Shown: in pieces, positions 1 to 9,741 of the stretch
Numbering within the stretch: the stretch's first letter is position 1
How the letters are laid out: every line of letters starts with the position of its first letter
Source: an uncultured virus (IMG/VR IMGVR_UViG_3300020050_008348)
Taxonomy: Duplodnaviria; Heunggongvirae; Uroviricota; Caudoviricetes
Length of the DNA stretch: 35,662 nucleotides
IMG/VR virus record: IMGVR_UViG_3300020050_008348
Direction: 5' to 3' (one strand)
Position numbers and translations under genes: made by a program
Notes under the pieces: generated by a model
Database searches by the model: none
The model's input: only the letters and a program-made list of their open reading frames with translations
Told to the model about the DNA's origin: nothing

Positions 1-2
1 TA

Positions 3-914
3 TCACACGCACAAGAGAATCCTAACAGCCCAGCAGAAGCATTTGTTATCAAAAGTTTTAATGATTTCCCTATTCAAGAATTAAATGCACGATTATCACA
101 ATTAAAACGTGATAACAAATACATTATTTATGGACAACCTGTATATTTGCAGAAAGTTGAAGGGAAAGCGAGTATTAGACCAGATTTAAAGAATGAGTTA
201 AAACCACTTTGGTTTAAAAATGATAGAGGTGAAGGTTGTGTAGTAATATATGAAGCACCTATTACAGCACCACCAAGAAATATGTATTGTATTGGTTATG
301 ACCCATATAGACAAGATATAGGTACATCAAATGCTGGTGTATATGTTTATAAGAAAGCTAATGGATTATCTCAATCACAAAACAAGATAGTTGCATCATT
401 TATAGGTCGTCCTAAGACATTTGATACGTGTAATTATATAGTAGAGTTATTATCAGAACTGTATAATTGTGATATAATGTATGAGAATGAAGTACCAGAT
501 GTAGTAACTTATTTTCGTAATAGAAACAAATTACATTATCTCGCACTACAACCAGATTCGGTAATTTCAGCAGTAGTAGCTAATAGTAAAGTCAAGCGTA
601 TTTATGGTATGCACATGACTGATAAAATTAAAGATGCTGGTGAAAAGTATGTTAAAAAATGGTTATTGACAGTTATTGATTACGATGAATATGGAAATGA
701 AATTACTAATTTAGACCGATTAGAAGATGTTGGTCTAATTGAAGAATTAATAAAATACAGTCGTAAAGGCAATTTTGACCGCGTCATGTCCTTTTTTCAA
801 ATTATGTTTCAATTAGAATCTGATACAAATGATGATAACTATGCTAACCGAGAAGATACAGAAGAAAGTATTTTTGATAGATTAATAAACTTAACATTTA
901 ATAATGCAAATTAA
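3..914 (+). CDS. terL: Terminase large subunit, C-terminal RNase H-like nuclease part (5'-truncated by window)
   Basis: Frame is open from position 3 (SHAQENPNSPAEAF...), so the TTG at 147 is internal. QENPxxxxEAF, YCIGYDPY, MYENE and KGNFDRVMS motifs are typical of crAss-like TerL. Lies directly upstream of the portal. Confidence 0.9.
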   Translation, partial: SHAQENPNSPAEAFVIKSFNDFPIQELNARLSQLKRDNKYIIYGQPVYLQKVEGKASIRPDLKNELKPLWFKNDRGEGCVVIYEAPITAPPRNMYCIGYDPYRQDIGTSNAGVYVYKKANGLSQSQNKIVASFIGRPKTFDTCNYIVELLSELYNCDIMYENEVPDVVTYFRNRNKLHYLALQPDSVISAVVANSKVKRIYGMHMTDKIKDAGEKYVKKWLLTVIDYDEYGNEITNLDRLEDVGLIEELIKYSRKGNFDRVMSFFQIMFQLESDTNDDNYANREDTEESIFDRLINLTFNNAN

Positions 915-3240
915 TCATAGAATAACACAAAGAGAGAAAGATAAAAATGATAAGCAATACTATAAAGATTGTATAAATGATATTATTGCTGTATCAAATG
1001 GTACTTCTTTCACACAAGATACTAATACATTAGGTGTATCTCGTAGATTAAAACTACAAGGTAACTATGATTTATTAAATGGTATTGTTAATCATGCTGA
1101 TTTTACACACGTATTTAATACGTATGGTGTTAATGTAGGAGCTATGCCTGTTAACTTTAGTCACAAAGATATTGTTTCCCCACTATTTAAGTTACTGTTT
1201 GGTATGGAAATGTCCAGACCATTTGAGTGGTCTGTTGTTGCTACTGATGAAGAAGCTACTACACGTTTTGAAAGAGAGTATTATGATAAATTATCTCAAT
1301 CAGTAACAGGTATGCTTATTCAAGAAATACGTACTAAGTTAGAAGCTGAGAATCCTTCTGAAAATATGACACCAGAAGAACGTGATAAGATTAAGCAGAA
1401 AATAGAACAAGAAGTACAAGCACAAACACCAGAACAAGTACAAGCATACATGCAACGCAATTATCAAGATGTTGCAGAGACTATGTGTGAGCAGTTGTTA
1501 AAGTATATCATTAAGGAAGATGATATTGAAGCTAAGTTTTTAAAGAATTGGAAACACGTAATTATTGCAGGATTTGAAATATATTGGACAGGTATCATTA
1601 ATGGTAAACCAACAGTAAAAGTTATTAATCCAATTCATGCGAGTGTAATTGGTAGTAATGATTCACAATATATAGAAGATGCTGATGCAGTATTAGTAGA
1701 ATATTATTTAACTCCTTCACAAATTGTAGAAATATTTGGTACAGAACTTACCAATGACGAAATTGCTCGTTTGTATGATAGCCATTATACTTCATCTGCT
1801 ATATTTGATTGGGAGTATTCATATAGCACTCAGAGGATAGGTACTATACGTGTAATACACGGAGAATGGCAATCATTAAGAAAAATAGGATTTGTTACAC
1901 AAGAAGATGGTAATAAGATAGTTGTATCAGAAGATTACAAACTTAACAAAGAGTTTGGTGATGTTTCTATATCATGGTCTTGGATTCCAGAGACTCACGA
2001 AGGTTATAAGATAGGTACTGATATATATAAATATACTCGCCCTGTACCTAACCAGCATAAAGATTTAGATAACTTGTATCAGAGAAAATTGTCTTACAAA
2101 GGTTATATTTATGATAATCTTAATAGTGAGATGATTTCAATTGCTGATAGAGTGAAACCTTTTGCTTATCTATTTGATATTACAATGTATCGAATAGAAC
2201 AGTTAATGGCATCTGATAAAGGAAAGAAGATAGCGATGAATATGAATGCTATTCCTAAAAGTACAGGTTTTAACTTAGAGAAGTATATGTATTTCTTTGA
2301 CAATAGTCCAAATGTCTTTTTAAATCCTAATCAAGAGGGTATGAAAGGACAGGATAATAGTATAGGTGAAATTGTTAAAGAGATTGATTTATCATTAGCA
2401 AGTGATATTGGTAGATACATTAATTTCTTAGAGTATGTAGAGAGAAAGTGTGGTGAAGTAATTGGTATTAATGAACAAACATTAGGTGCTATTAGAGCAT
2501 CAGAAGCAGTTACTAATGTACGTCAAGCAGTTAATCAAGCATCTTATGTACTTGAACCATATTTTCAAGACCATGCGATGGTTAAACGTAATGTACTACA
2601 AGCAGTAATAGAACAGACTAAGATAGCTTATAGAGGTGTTAAGGGTAAGAAGTTACAATTTGCACTTGATGATTTATCAATAGCTTTTTTAAATATTGAT
2701 GGAGAGTTGTTAGATAATAGTCAATTAGGATTGTATATAGCTAATTCTAAAGATAGTATGGAATTAAAAGAGTTAGCTAAAGAGTTAAGTCATGCAGCAT
2801 TACAGAATCAAATGATTGACTTTAGTGATATTCTTAGAATATATACAAGTAAGAGTGCTAAGAAAACAGAAGAACTGATGAAAGTTGCTGAAAAACGTAA
2901 GCATCAACAGTCAATGGATATTGAGAAGCAGAAACAAGAATTTGAAACTGCTAAAATGAAGATGATTGAAGAATCTAAAGATAGAGATGTGACACGTACT
3001 ATCAAAATTAATGATGCAAAAGAAGCACAAAGACGTACTACTGAGATAGAAAAGCAAACAATACTATCATTAGGATTCAATGAAGATAAAGATGCTAATG
3101 ACAATGGTGTACCAGATACAATAGACCTTATGAGATATGCACTTGATAAGGAAAAATTAGATTTTGAAAAAGCTAAATTTGATAAACAAGTAAGTTTAAA
3201 ACAACAGGAGATTAATAAAAAACCAGCAGTAAGTAAATAA
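904..3240 (+). CDS. Portal protein
   Basis: 778 aa, directly after TerL. Long coiled-coil C-terminus with a DANDNGVPD motif. Size and position match crAss-like portals. Confidence 0.88.
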   Translation: MQINHRITQREKDKNDKQYYKDCINDIIAVSNGTSFTQDTNTLGVSRRLKLQGNYDLLNGIVNHADFTHVFNTYGVNVGAMPVNFSHKDIVSPLFKLLFGMEMSRPFEWSVVATDEEATTRFEREYYDKLSQSVTGMLIQEIRTKLEAENPSENMTPEERDKIKQKIEQEVQAQTPEQVQAYMQRNYQDVAETMCEQLLKYIIKEDDIEAKFLKNWKHVIIAGFEIYWTGIINGKPTVKVINPIHASVIGSNDSQYIEDADAVLVEYYLTPSQIVEIFGTELTNDEIARLYDSHYTSSAIFDWEYSYSTQRIGTIRVIHGEWQSLRKIGFVTQEDGNKIVVSEDYKLNKEFGDVSISWSWIPETHEGYKIGTDIYKYTRPVPNQHKDLDNLYQRKLSYKGYIYDNLNSEMISIADRVKPFAYLFDITMYRIEQLMASDKGKKIAMNMNAIPKSTGFNLEKYMYFFDNSPNVFLNPNQEGMKGQDNSIGEIVKEIDLSLASDIGRYINFLEYVERKCGEVIGINEQTLGAIRASEAVTNVRQAVNQASYVLEPYFQDHAMVKRNVLQAVIEQTKIAYRGVKGKKLQFALDDLSIAFLNIDGELLDNSQLGLYIANSKDSMELKELAKELSHAALQNQMIDFSDILRIYTSKSAKKTEELMKVAEKRKHQQSMDIEKQKQEFETAKMKMIEESKDRDVTRTIKINDAKEAQRRTTEIEKQTILSLGFNEDKDANDNGVPDTIDLMRYALDKEKLDFEKAKFDKQVSLKQQEINKKPAVSK

Positions 3241-3279
3241 TTACCCTTGATAGTATATGTAAACAATATTTCGCTGGAC

Positions 3280-3326
3280 TATTCAGTTTTGAACTGAATA
3301 ATTGTTCAGTTTTACTCTTAACTTTG
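3280..3326 (+). promoter_or_regulatory. Intergenic inverted/direct repeats (TTCAGTT-AACTGAA-TTCAGTT) followed by a Bacteroidota -7 box TAACTTTG (3319-3326)
   Basis: tattcagtt-ttg-aactgaata hairpin at 3280-3300. Second TTCAGTTTT at 3305-3313. TAnnTTTG ends 10 nt before the ATG at 3337. No well-spaced -33 TTTG. Confidence 0.5.
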
Positions 3327-3336
3327 TGAATGTAAA

Positions 3337-4368
3337 ATGGCAGTAGGTATTGATGATTTTAGTTGGGATGATTTTGAAGAAGGTGTAACAACTGATAATC
3401 CACCAACAGAAGAAGATGTTGTTGATAAAACAACAGATGATAAAGATAAAAAAAGTAAAGTTGAAAACGATGACGATTTTGCTTTTGAACCCTTATCAGC
3501 AGATACAGTACCAGATGATAAAGGTGGTACAGTAGTTGAAACAGGTGATGAATCTTTATTAAAAACTCTTAAAGAAAGAGAACTTTTAACAATAGAGTTA
3601 GAAGAAGGAGAAGATTTAGAATCAGCTTATGTTCGACAGTTAGAAAATGATGTAACAGAAGCAGTTGAACAACTTTTTGAAGGTGTCAAAAGAGACAAAG
3701 AAGGTATAGCACTTCTTAAACATTTAAGAGCAGGAGGTTCAGTAGATACTTTTGTAAAAAATAGTAGTTTTGCTATTGATATAGAAGTAGATACAGAGGA
3801 TAAACAAGCAGCACTTATCAAGTCCTATTATGTTAAACGTAAAGGAATGGATAATGATGAAGTGGATGATTTAATTGATACATTGAAAAACAATGGTAAA
3901 TTAGAAGGTCGTGCTGAAAATGTTAAAGCTGCTATTGAAAAAGAACGTGTAGAAGAAACAGCTAATTATGAAGCTACAAAGAAAGCTAATGAAAAGAAAG
4001 CTATTGAGAATCATAAGAAACTAAGAGAATCTTTTACAGGTATTGTAAGAGATACTAAATTTGATTTCAAAGGAATTGGTAAAGATAAAGATGATACTAA
4101 GTTAGTAGATATGCTTACTAAACCAGTTGATAATAGTGGAAGGACACAATTTCATCAAAAGTTAGGTGAATTATTCTTACCAGATAATCACGAAAAGTTG
4201 TTAGTAGTTGCTAAGTTACTTGAAAATGAATTCAATTTCGACAAATTAATAAAGAAAGGAGCTTCGCAACAAGTAGGGATTATTAAGAATAAAGTAGAAA
4301 ATAGGTCAGTCAGTATAAATACAGGTAATGCGAGAAAGACTATTACATTGGCAGACTTAATTGATTAA
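3337..4368 (+). CDS. Putative capsid scaffolding/assembly protein (conserved gene between portal and MCP)
   Basis: 343 aa with a very acidic, low-complexity N-terminus and helical C-terminus. Sits between portal and MCP, as in crAss-like phages. Confidence 0.65.
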   Translation: MAVGIDDFSWDDFEEGVTTDNPPTEEDVVDKTTDDKDKKSKVENDDDFAFEPLSADTVPDDKGGTVVETGDESLLKTLKERELLTIELEEGEDLESAYVRQLENDVTEAVEQLFEGVKRDKEGIALLKHLRAGGSVDTFVKNSSFAIDIEVDTEDKQAALIKSYYVKRKGMDNDEVDDLIDTLKNNGKLEGRAENVKAAIEKERVEETANYEATKKANEKKAIENHKKLRESFTGIVRDTKFDFKGIGKDKDDTKLVDMLTKPVDNSGRTQFHQKLGELFLPDNHEKLLVVAKLLENEFNFDKLIKKGASQQVGIIKNKVENRSVSINTGNARKTITLADLID

Positions 4369-4387
4369 GTAAAAACGATACAATAAT

Positions 4388-5830
4388 ATGGCAGGATTAA
4401 AAAGCTCAATGATTATCAAGAAGATGCCGTGGCATGCCAACATGACAGAAGCAAATCACTTGGGTAGAGCATTGATTACAAAACCTTACGCATTTGAGGG
4501 TAAAATGCGAGAGCTATTTACAACACAATTGTTTAGTGATAACACACTAACTACAATGTTGTCAAATACTAAAGAAGTAACAATTCCATCAGATACATGG
4601 ACTTGGAACTTGAAAACTAATACACGTCGTCCATTGGTATGTCTTGGTGATGTACAATCAACGGTAACACAACCTTGTAAATATAATTCATCAGCGCAAT
4701 TATGGTTAGATGAAAACTGGTATTTAGCAGGTGATATTATCCATCCCGGGGAAGCAGATGGTAAATACCAAGTACGTGTAGTTGATAATCCACGTCGTCA
4801 AGGTACAGGTTGGTTGTATAATGTAGTAGCTGTTAATGATGATGCAGCATTTTTCATTCCTAAGAAATACTTTGCTACTAATGTTCGTTGGTCAAAGCTA
4901 TTTGCTAAATATGAAGAAGGTTCACAACAAAGTGGTTCTACTCAATACAGCTTACCGATAGAACTCGGTCCAGCACGTACATCTATGCTTAGAAAACAAT
5001 ACTCAGTTACAGGTGATGCTGCTAATGAAGTACTTGCAGTTAAGATTCCAGATGGTAAAGGTGGTATGGTTAGTTCATGGGTACGTTATGCAGAAATTGA
5101 ATACTGGAGACAATGGTACAAAGAAATTGAAGCTAACTACTTTTATTCTCGTAGTGCAAAATCAGTAGTTGGTGCTAATGGTCGTCCTGTACAATCTGGT
5201 GCTGGTATGTTTGAATTGTTTGAAGATGCTCATAACCATAAGTATTCAGTACTTACAGGTAAATTGCTTCAAGAGTTCTTAATGGACATATTCTATAATA
5301 GGGTTAAGTTTGCTAATCGTAATCTTACAGTATTTACTGGTGAATATGGTATGTTGGCTTTTCATGGTGCAGTAGTTAAAGACCTTAAAGATTCTGGTTT
5401 TATCATTCCAGTTGATATTAACATTCAAAAAACTACAAGTCCATATCACAGCAATAGCTTGTCTTTTGGTTATCAGTATGTTACATACAAAATGGCTAAT
5501 GGTGCAACAGTTACAGTAGCACATGCACCTATCTTAGATGATAGAGAGTATAATACTGAAATTGACCCAGTTACAGGTTATCCTACACAATCAATGCGCT
5601 TTATGTTCCTTGATTTGGCTGGTGAAAAAGGTGATAATATCAAATTGGTTACTCGTGAAAATAGCTTCAAATTAGGTTATGTTGCTGGTTTGCAAACACC
5701 ATATGGTGTACGTAATGGAGGTGATATGGCTCATAGCGGTGACTACTACGAAATGCACATTCAGAAAAAGTGTGGTATTCAAATTGATGATATTACACGT
5801 TGTGGTCAGTTGATTCTTAGTCGTAACTAA
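4388..5830 (+). CDS. Major capsid protein (HK97 fold, crAss-like)
   Basis: 480 aa with strongly biased codon usage. WHANMTEANHL N-terminus, SGAGMFE and VFTGEYGM motifs resemble crAss-like MCPs. Synteny fits, and a large hairpin follows. Confidence 0.88.
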   Translation: MAGLKSSMIIKKMPWHANMTEANHLGRALITKPYAFEGKMRELFTTQLFSDNTLTTMLSNTKEVTIPSDTWTWNLKTNTRRPLVCLGDVQSTVTQPCKYNSSAQLWLDENWYLAGDIIHPGEADGKYQVRVVDNPRRQGTGWLYNVVAVNDDAAFFIPKKYFATNVRWSKLFAKYEEGSQQSGSTQYSLPIELGPARTSMLRKQYSVTGDAANEVLAVKIPDGKGGMVSSWVRYAEIEYWRQWYKEIEANYFYSRSAKSVVGANGRPVQSGAGMFELFEDAHNHKYSVLTGKLLQEFLMDIFYNRVKFANRNLTVFTGEYGMLAFHGAVVKDLKDSGFIIPVDINIQKTTSPYHSNSLSFGYQYVTYKMANGATVTVAHAPILDDREYNTEIDPVTGYPTQSMRFMFLDLAGEKGDNIKLVTRENSFKLGYVAGLQTPYGVRNGGDMAHSGDYYEMHIQKKCGIQIDDITRCGQLILSRN

Positions 5831-5840
5831 TAATAATGAT

Positions 5841-5916
5841 AGTGTTTCCCACTATGAATAATATATGGTCAAGCTCCACTGAACTTCCATACTTATTATT
5901 TATAGTGGGGAACACT
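5841..5916 (+). repeat. Long intergenic hairpin (about 28 bp stem) built from the TTCCCACTA/TAGTGGGGAA repeat
   Basis: agtgtttcccactatgaataata-tatgg (5841-5868) pairs with ccata-ct-tattatttatagtggggaacact (5887-5916), with two G-U pairs and a 2-nt bulge. Confidence 0.85.
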
Positions 5917-5945
5917 TTTCAATAACTATGTAAAATAAAAGATAA

Positions 5946-6749
5946 ATGAAAGTTGAAATTCGTCCATTGCCTATTACTAAATGGCATGGAAAAACAGGTA
6001 AAGATGAAATTGCTCAACCATTAGTATTAGAGTGTCTAATGGACGGTAGTGGTAAGTATATGACAGGTTTAACACCAGAAGAAGAAGTTGAATATGGTGA
6101 AAAACTCGGTACTACACTAAGTAGTAATTTTAAGTTTGACGAAGCACATCCATTTTATAGTACACGTCAAGCTAAATTAGTATTACCATATCAAACTACT
6201 ATTTTTGATACAACTAATCCAATGGATTTTGTCAAAATTAAGTATGCTAAACATTCACGCTTTATTGCATCTTCTATGAAAGCATGGGAAAATGGTGAAT
6301 CACCAGATGCAGTATTTGTGATTTATAGTGAAGAAGAAGATATGGAAGTCAAAGCATCTAAAGCACAAATCAAAGCACAGGCTTATAAACTTAGCTTTGA
6401 AATGTCTGATGTTATGAAACAACGTGTAATTGCAGTAATGACTGATAAGTTACGTAACTTTAGGTCAGCACGTGGTAAAGATGCAAACTTTTTAACAGTA
6501 GAGATTGAACGTTTAATTGACGAAAATCCAAAACTGTTTATTGAAATTGTATCAGATGATAAGAGTTTGCTTGGTGCTAAAGCTATGGTACTTGAAGCAT
6601 TAGAACAAGGAGTATTAAATAAAGAAGGTAGTGGTGTATATTATATGTCTGATTTATTAGGATATAGTATTGAAGAAGCTGCTGGTTATTTAAGTACACC
6701 AATCAATAGTCAATTAGCAACTCGCATTAAAGATAAGTTAAAGAAATAG
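5946..6749 (+). CDS. Conserved crAss-like protein downstream of MCP (gene 75-like), function unknown
   Basis: 267 aa. Position after MCP, with TGLTPEEE and FDTTNPMDFVK motifs similar to this family as I recall it. Confidence 0.6.
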   Translation: MKVEIRPLPITKWHGKTGKDEIAQPLVLECLMDGSGKYMTGLTPEEEVEYGEKLGTTLSSNFKFDEAHPFYSTRQAKLVLPYQTTIFDTTNPMDFVKIKYAKHSRFIASSMKAWENGESPDAVFVIYSEEEDMEVKASKAQIKAQAYKLSFEMSDVMKQRVIAVMTDKLRNFRSARGKDANFLTVEIERLIDENPKLFIEIVSDDKSLLGAKAMVLEALEQGVLNKEGSGVYYMSDLLGYSIEEAAGYLSTPINSQLATRIKDKLKK

Positions 6750-6752
6750 AAG

Positions 6753-7433
6753 ATGAATATACAAGAAATGCACTTTGCGGTTAAAGCTGGTTTGAATAAA
6801 TTAGATAGTAGTTATCGAAATTTACAAATACCAGAAATAGATTGGTTTTTAAATCAAGCGCAACAAGTATTTGTTAAAGCATGTATGCCGCAAAGTGCGT
6901 CTCTTTTTTTAGGTAGAGAGTTTGAATTGAGCCAACGCACAATAGATAGTATATCAACATTAGTAACACCAACAAAAATTAAAGTTGTAGATAACATTGT
7001 ACCACTTCCAAAAAATTACTACTTTCATGTTTCAAGTTATGTAGAAGCATCTAAAGGTGCTTGTAGTAGAACAATTAGATGTTATCAAGTACAACACGAT
7101 GATTTACATAAAGAATCAAGTAATACAGCATCCAGTTTTGAATGGGATGAATGTAATATAAGTTTTGAAAATACTGGTATTTTATGTTATGTGACTGATT
7201 TTACAGTTAGTAATATGAATCTGGTTTATATACGTGAACCCAAATTAATACACAATGCAGCACAATATAATAATGGTACTTATAACTATTTTGGTACTAC
7301 ATTAACAGGTACATCTAATTGTGAATTACCAGTAATTACACACGATGATATTGTAAGAATAGCTGTATTTTTAGCAAGTAGAGCTATTGAACAACCTACA
7401 TCAAATCAAAAATACGAAGAAACAAAATTATAG
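6753..7433 (+). CDS. Neck/tail ring protein (gene 74-like)
   Basis: 226 aa. MNIQEMH...EIDWFLNQAQ N-terminus and CELPVITHDDIVRIAV C-terminus match the head-tail ring/adaptor pattern. Confidence 0.7.
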   Translation: MNIQEMHFAVKAGLNKLDSSYRNLQIPEIDWFLNQAQQVFVKACMPQSASLFLGREFELSQRTIDSISTLVTPTKIKVVDNIVPLPKNYYFHVSSYVEASKGACSRTIRCYQVQHDDLHKESSNTASSFEWDECNISFENTGILCYVTDFTVSNMNLVYIREPKLIHNAAQYNNGTYNYFGTTLTGTSNCELPVITHDDIVRIAVFLASRAIEQPTSNQKYEETKL

Positions 7434-7455
7434 TAAAATTTTAAATTTATAACAA

Positions 7456-8559
7456 ATGTTAGGAACTAACAATTATCCATTTCAAGTACTTGTTACAAAC
7501 GGTACAAGTGGAGCTTTTGCTAAAGACCAAGCACCTTCTGCATTAGCAATTGGTCAAATTGGTTACTTTGACGCATATACCAATCTATCACTTGACGCAA
7601 CAAATATTGCAAACGTAAAAGACTTTTATGTAGCTGTTGGTACAGATGTTGATGGTACAGGTTCTACTACTGGTATTCTAAAGAGTGCTGGTCAAAAAAT
7701 TCAACGTAAGAATATTAACAACTACACAATTAGTTGTTTTCAAAATCAAGTTGCACAGGTAATACAGGTGACTGGTTTAACTGCTAAATGTGATACTGAT
7801 TATACGTTGTCAATTCAACCACGTAGTCTTGCACTTACACGTAGTTATGGTCAAAACTTTCCACGTATCACATATAATGTACGTACAGGTTGCTGCGAAG
7901 ATTGTGCATCATGCTCAGATGCTACAAGTGCAAATGAATTAGCTAACTTAATGGTTAATGCTATTAATGCAGATACTAATGCTATTGCAACAGCAGTTCT
8001 TTGGGATGCTACTAATAGTGCAGTTATTACAAATCTTGCTACATGGATTGCAGCCAATCCTACACTTACAGCATCTATTCGTATTACAGCTATCTTTGAA
8101 AAAGTAAGTGCTTATGTTTATGGTTTACTTAATGGTGTACAAGATACCCCAAATGGTTTGTCAATGAATGTAACACTTAATAGTGGTTTTGAATGTTCTG
8201 GTACAGTATCAGAAATTACACCATTGTCATTTGCTCGTAATACAGGTGGTGAACTACGTGTACTTGAAGAAGTTGCAAGAGGTTGGTCACCAGAGTTTTT
8301 ACTTTATCGTCAAACTCAAAGTGGTACACCATTGTCAACACGTCCAGTACGTGTTACAGGTACTAAATATTTTGTAGTAACACTTGATTATGTTGATAAT
8401 CATACAGGTGGTTTGGAACAATATCAAGATGTACAACAAACAATTATTGCTGTACCTTGTGGTGGTTCTACTGCATTTCTTACTGTACTTGATGCTCTTA
8501 CAGCAACAGCAGGACAAACAGCATTGAAAGCTACTGCTGACGCATGTCCAGCGTGCTAA
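7456..8559 (+). CDS. Structural protein, probable auxiliary capsid/decoration protein
   Basis: 367 aa, Thr/Ala-rich, with high-expression codon bias. Position matches the auxiliary capsid gene. Carries CCEDCASC and a terminal CPAC. A terminator follows. Confidence 0.55.
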   Translation: MLGTNNYPFQVLVTNGTSGAFAKDQAPSALAIGQIGYFDAYTNLSLDATNIANVKDFYVAVGTDVDGTGSTTGILKSAGQKIQRKNINNYTISCFQNQVAQVIQVTGLTAKCDTDYTLSIQPRSLALTRSYGQNFPRITYNVRTGCCEDCASCSDATSANELANLMVNAINADTNAIATAVLWDATNSAVITNLATWIAANPTLTASIRITAIFEKVSAYVYGLLNGVQDTPNGLSMNVTLNSGFECSGTVSEITPLSFARNTGGELRVLEEVARGWSPEFLLYRQTQSGTPLSTRPVRVTGTKYFVVTLDYVDNHTGGLEQYQDVQQTIIAVPCGGSTAFLTVLDALTATAGQTALKATADACPAC

Positions 8560-8566
8560 TTTAAAT

Positions 8567-8636
8567 GAGTGTTTCCTATTAATAGTAGAGTGTAATTAAG
8601 CTACTATTATTAGTGGGAAACACTCTTTTTTCTTTT
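8567..8636 (+). terminator. Intrinsic terminator-like hairpin made from the TAGTGGGAA repeat
   Basis: gagtgtttcctattaatagtag (8567-8588) pairs with ctactattattagtgggaaacactc (8601-8625), followed by ttttttctttt. Confidence 0.8.
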
Positions 8637-8662
8637 AACAACTAAGTAAAATAAAATACAAC

Positions 8663-9718
8663 ATGTCATATATTTCAGAAGTACAAGCTAAAAAGCTAAT
8701 TTGTGATGCAGCCAGAAACATTCGGCTGTGTGTTGGTATCACAGTAGATGGTACAGTATTAACAAAAGACGATACATTTTATGATTTATTGGTAGCACTT
8801 GATGGTATCAGTGCTGGTAGTGGAACATTTACTACTCTTAGTGGCGATGTAGTTTCTACAAGTACAGGTGGAGCTACTACTATTCAAGCTGGTGTAGTTA
8901 CTAATGCTAAATTAGCAATAGTACCAACACTTACTATTAAAGGTAAAAATACTGCTGGTACAGGTGCACCACTTGATTTAACAGTAGCACAAGTACAAAC
9001 AATGCTTGCTGATGCGGTAGTTGTTACAAGTTCAACAGGTACAAGTAGTGCTTATGCTACTACTGAATATGTTACAGCAGCGGTTACACGCACACTTCCA
9101 ACAGCCGCAACAAGCGATATTGGTAAAACTATTACATATAAAGCTGTTGGTGCAGCAGTTACTATTGCAGTAGGTGGAAATACTATTGATGGTGCTTCAA
9201 GTTCTATTACAATTGCTTCTGGTGATTCAGTAACATTTGCAGTTAGAGTGGCTAATACAGTAGAAAGAGTATATAGTTTAACAGCTACAAGCGGTGGAGG
9301 TTTACCAGTACGTTTACGTTCTAATGGTGCAGATATTAAATATGTAGTTATTAGCGGTACACCAACAGTAACATTTACTAAATCTGGTGGTACAGGTACA
9401 GTTGGTGTAAGTGGTGGTGTGATTGAACCATTACGTGTACAAGTAGATTTTAATACTTCTACTGATACTAACGGTACTAATGATTTCTTGTTAATTGTAC
9501 CTACTACTCAGAGTGGTACAATGTTACAATATCCAACAGTAATGATGGTAAATACACAAAGTGGTGTAGCACCTTCAACAACTGAACATTTGTATAAGAA
9601 TCAAGGTAGTAATCCAGTATTTTCAGTAACAGCAGGTACAGCAGGTACATCTATTACGATTAAAGCAGCAGGAACTAATATTCTTGGTACAACTGCTACA
9701 TTGGTTGCAAATTTCTAA
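8663..9718 (+). CDS. Fibre-like structural protein (head or tail fibre)
   Basis: 351 aa, very T/G/A/V-rich. LSGDV...TIQAGVVTNAKLA shaft-type motif and TLP.A...G..I.IK beta-sandwich motif, both common in phage fibres. Confidence 0.55.
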   Translation: MSYISEVQAKKLICDAARNIRLCVGITVDGTVLTKDDTFYDLLVALDGISAGSGTFTTLSGDVVSTSTGGATTIQAGVVTNAKLAIVPTLTIKGKNTAGTGAPLDLTVAQVQTMLADAVVVTSSTGTSSAYATTEYVTAAVTRTLPTAATSDIGKTITYKAVGAAVTIAVGGNTIDGASSSITIASGDSVTFAVRVANTVERVYSLTATSGGGLPVRLRSNGADIKYVVISGTPTVTFTKSGGTGTVGVSGGVIEPLRVQVDFNTSTDTNGTNDFLLIVPTTQSGTMLQYPTVMMVNTQSGVAPSTTEHLYKNQGSNPVFSVTAGTAGTSITIKAAGTNILGTTATLVANF

Positions 9719-9741
9719 TAACATTATAAAACATATTTGAT

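Noticed and set aside
3088..3126. DANDNGVPDTID Ca-binding-like motif in the portal C-terminus as a novelty
   Set aside because: As far as I recall, similar motifs are common in crAss-like portal tails, so I used it as annotation evidence rather than as a finding.
8091..8098. TATCTTTG -7 box inside the 7456 ORF
   Set aside because: It is intragenic with no downstream start nearby, so it is likely a chance match.
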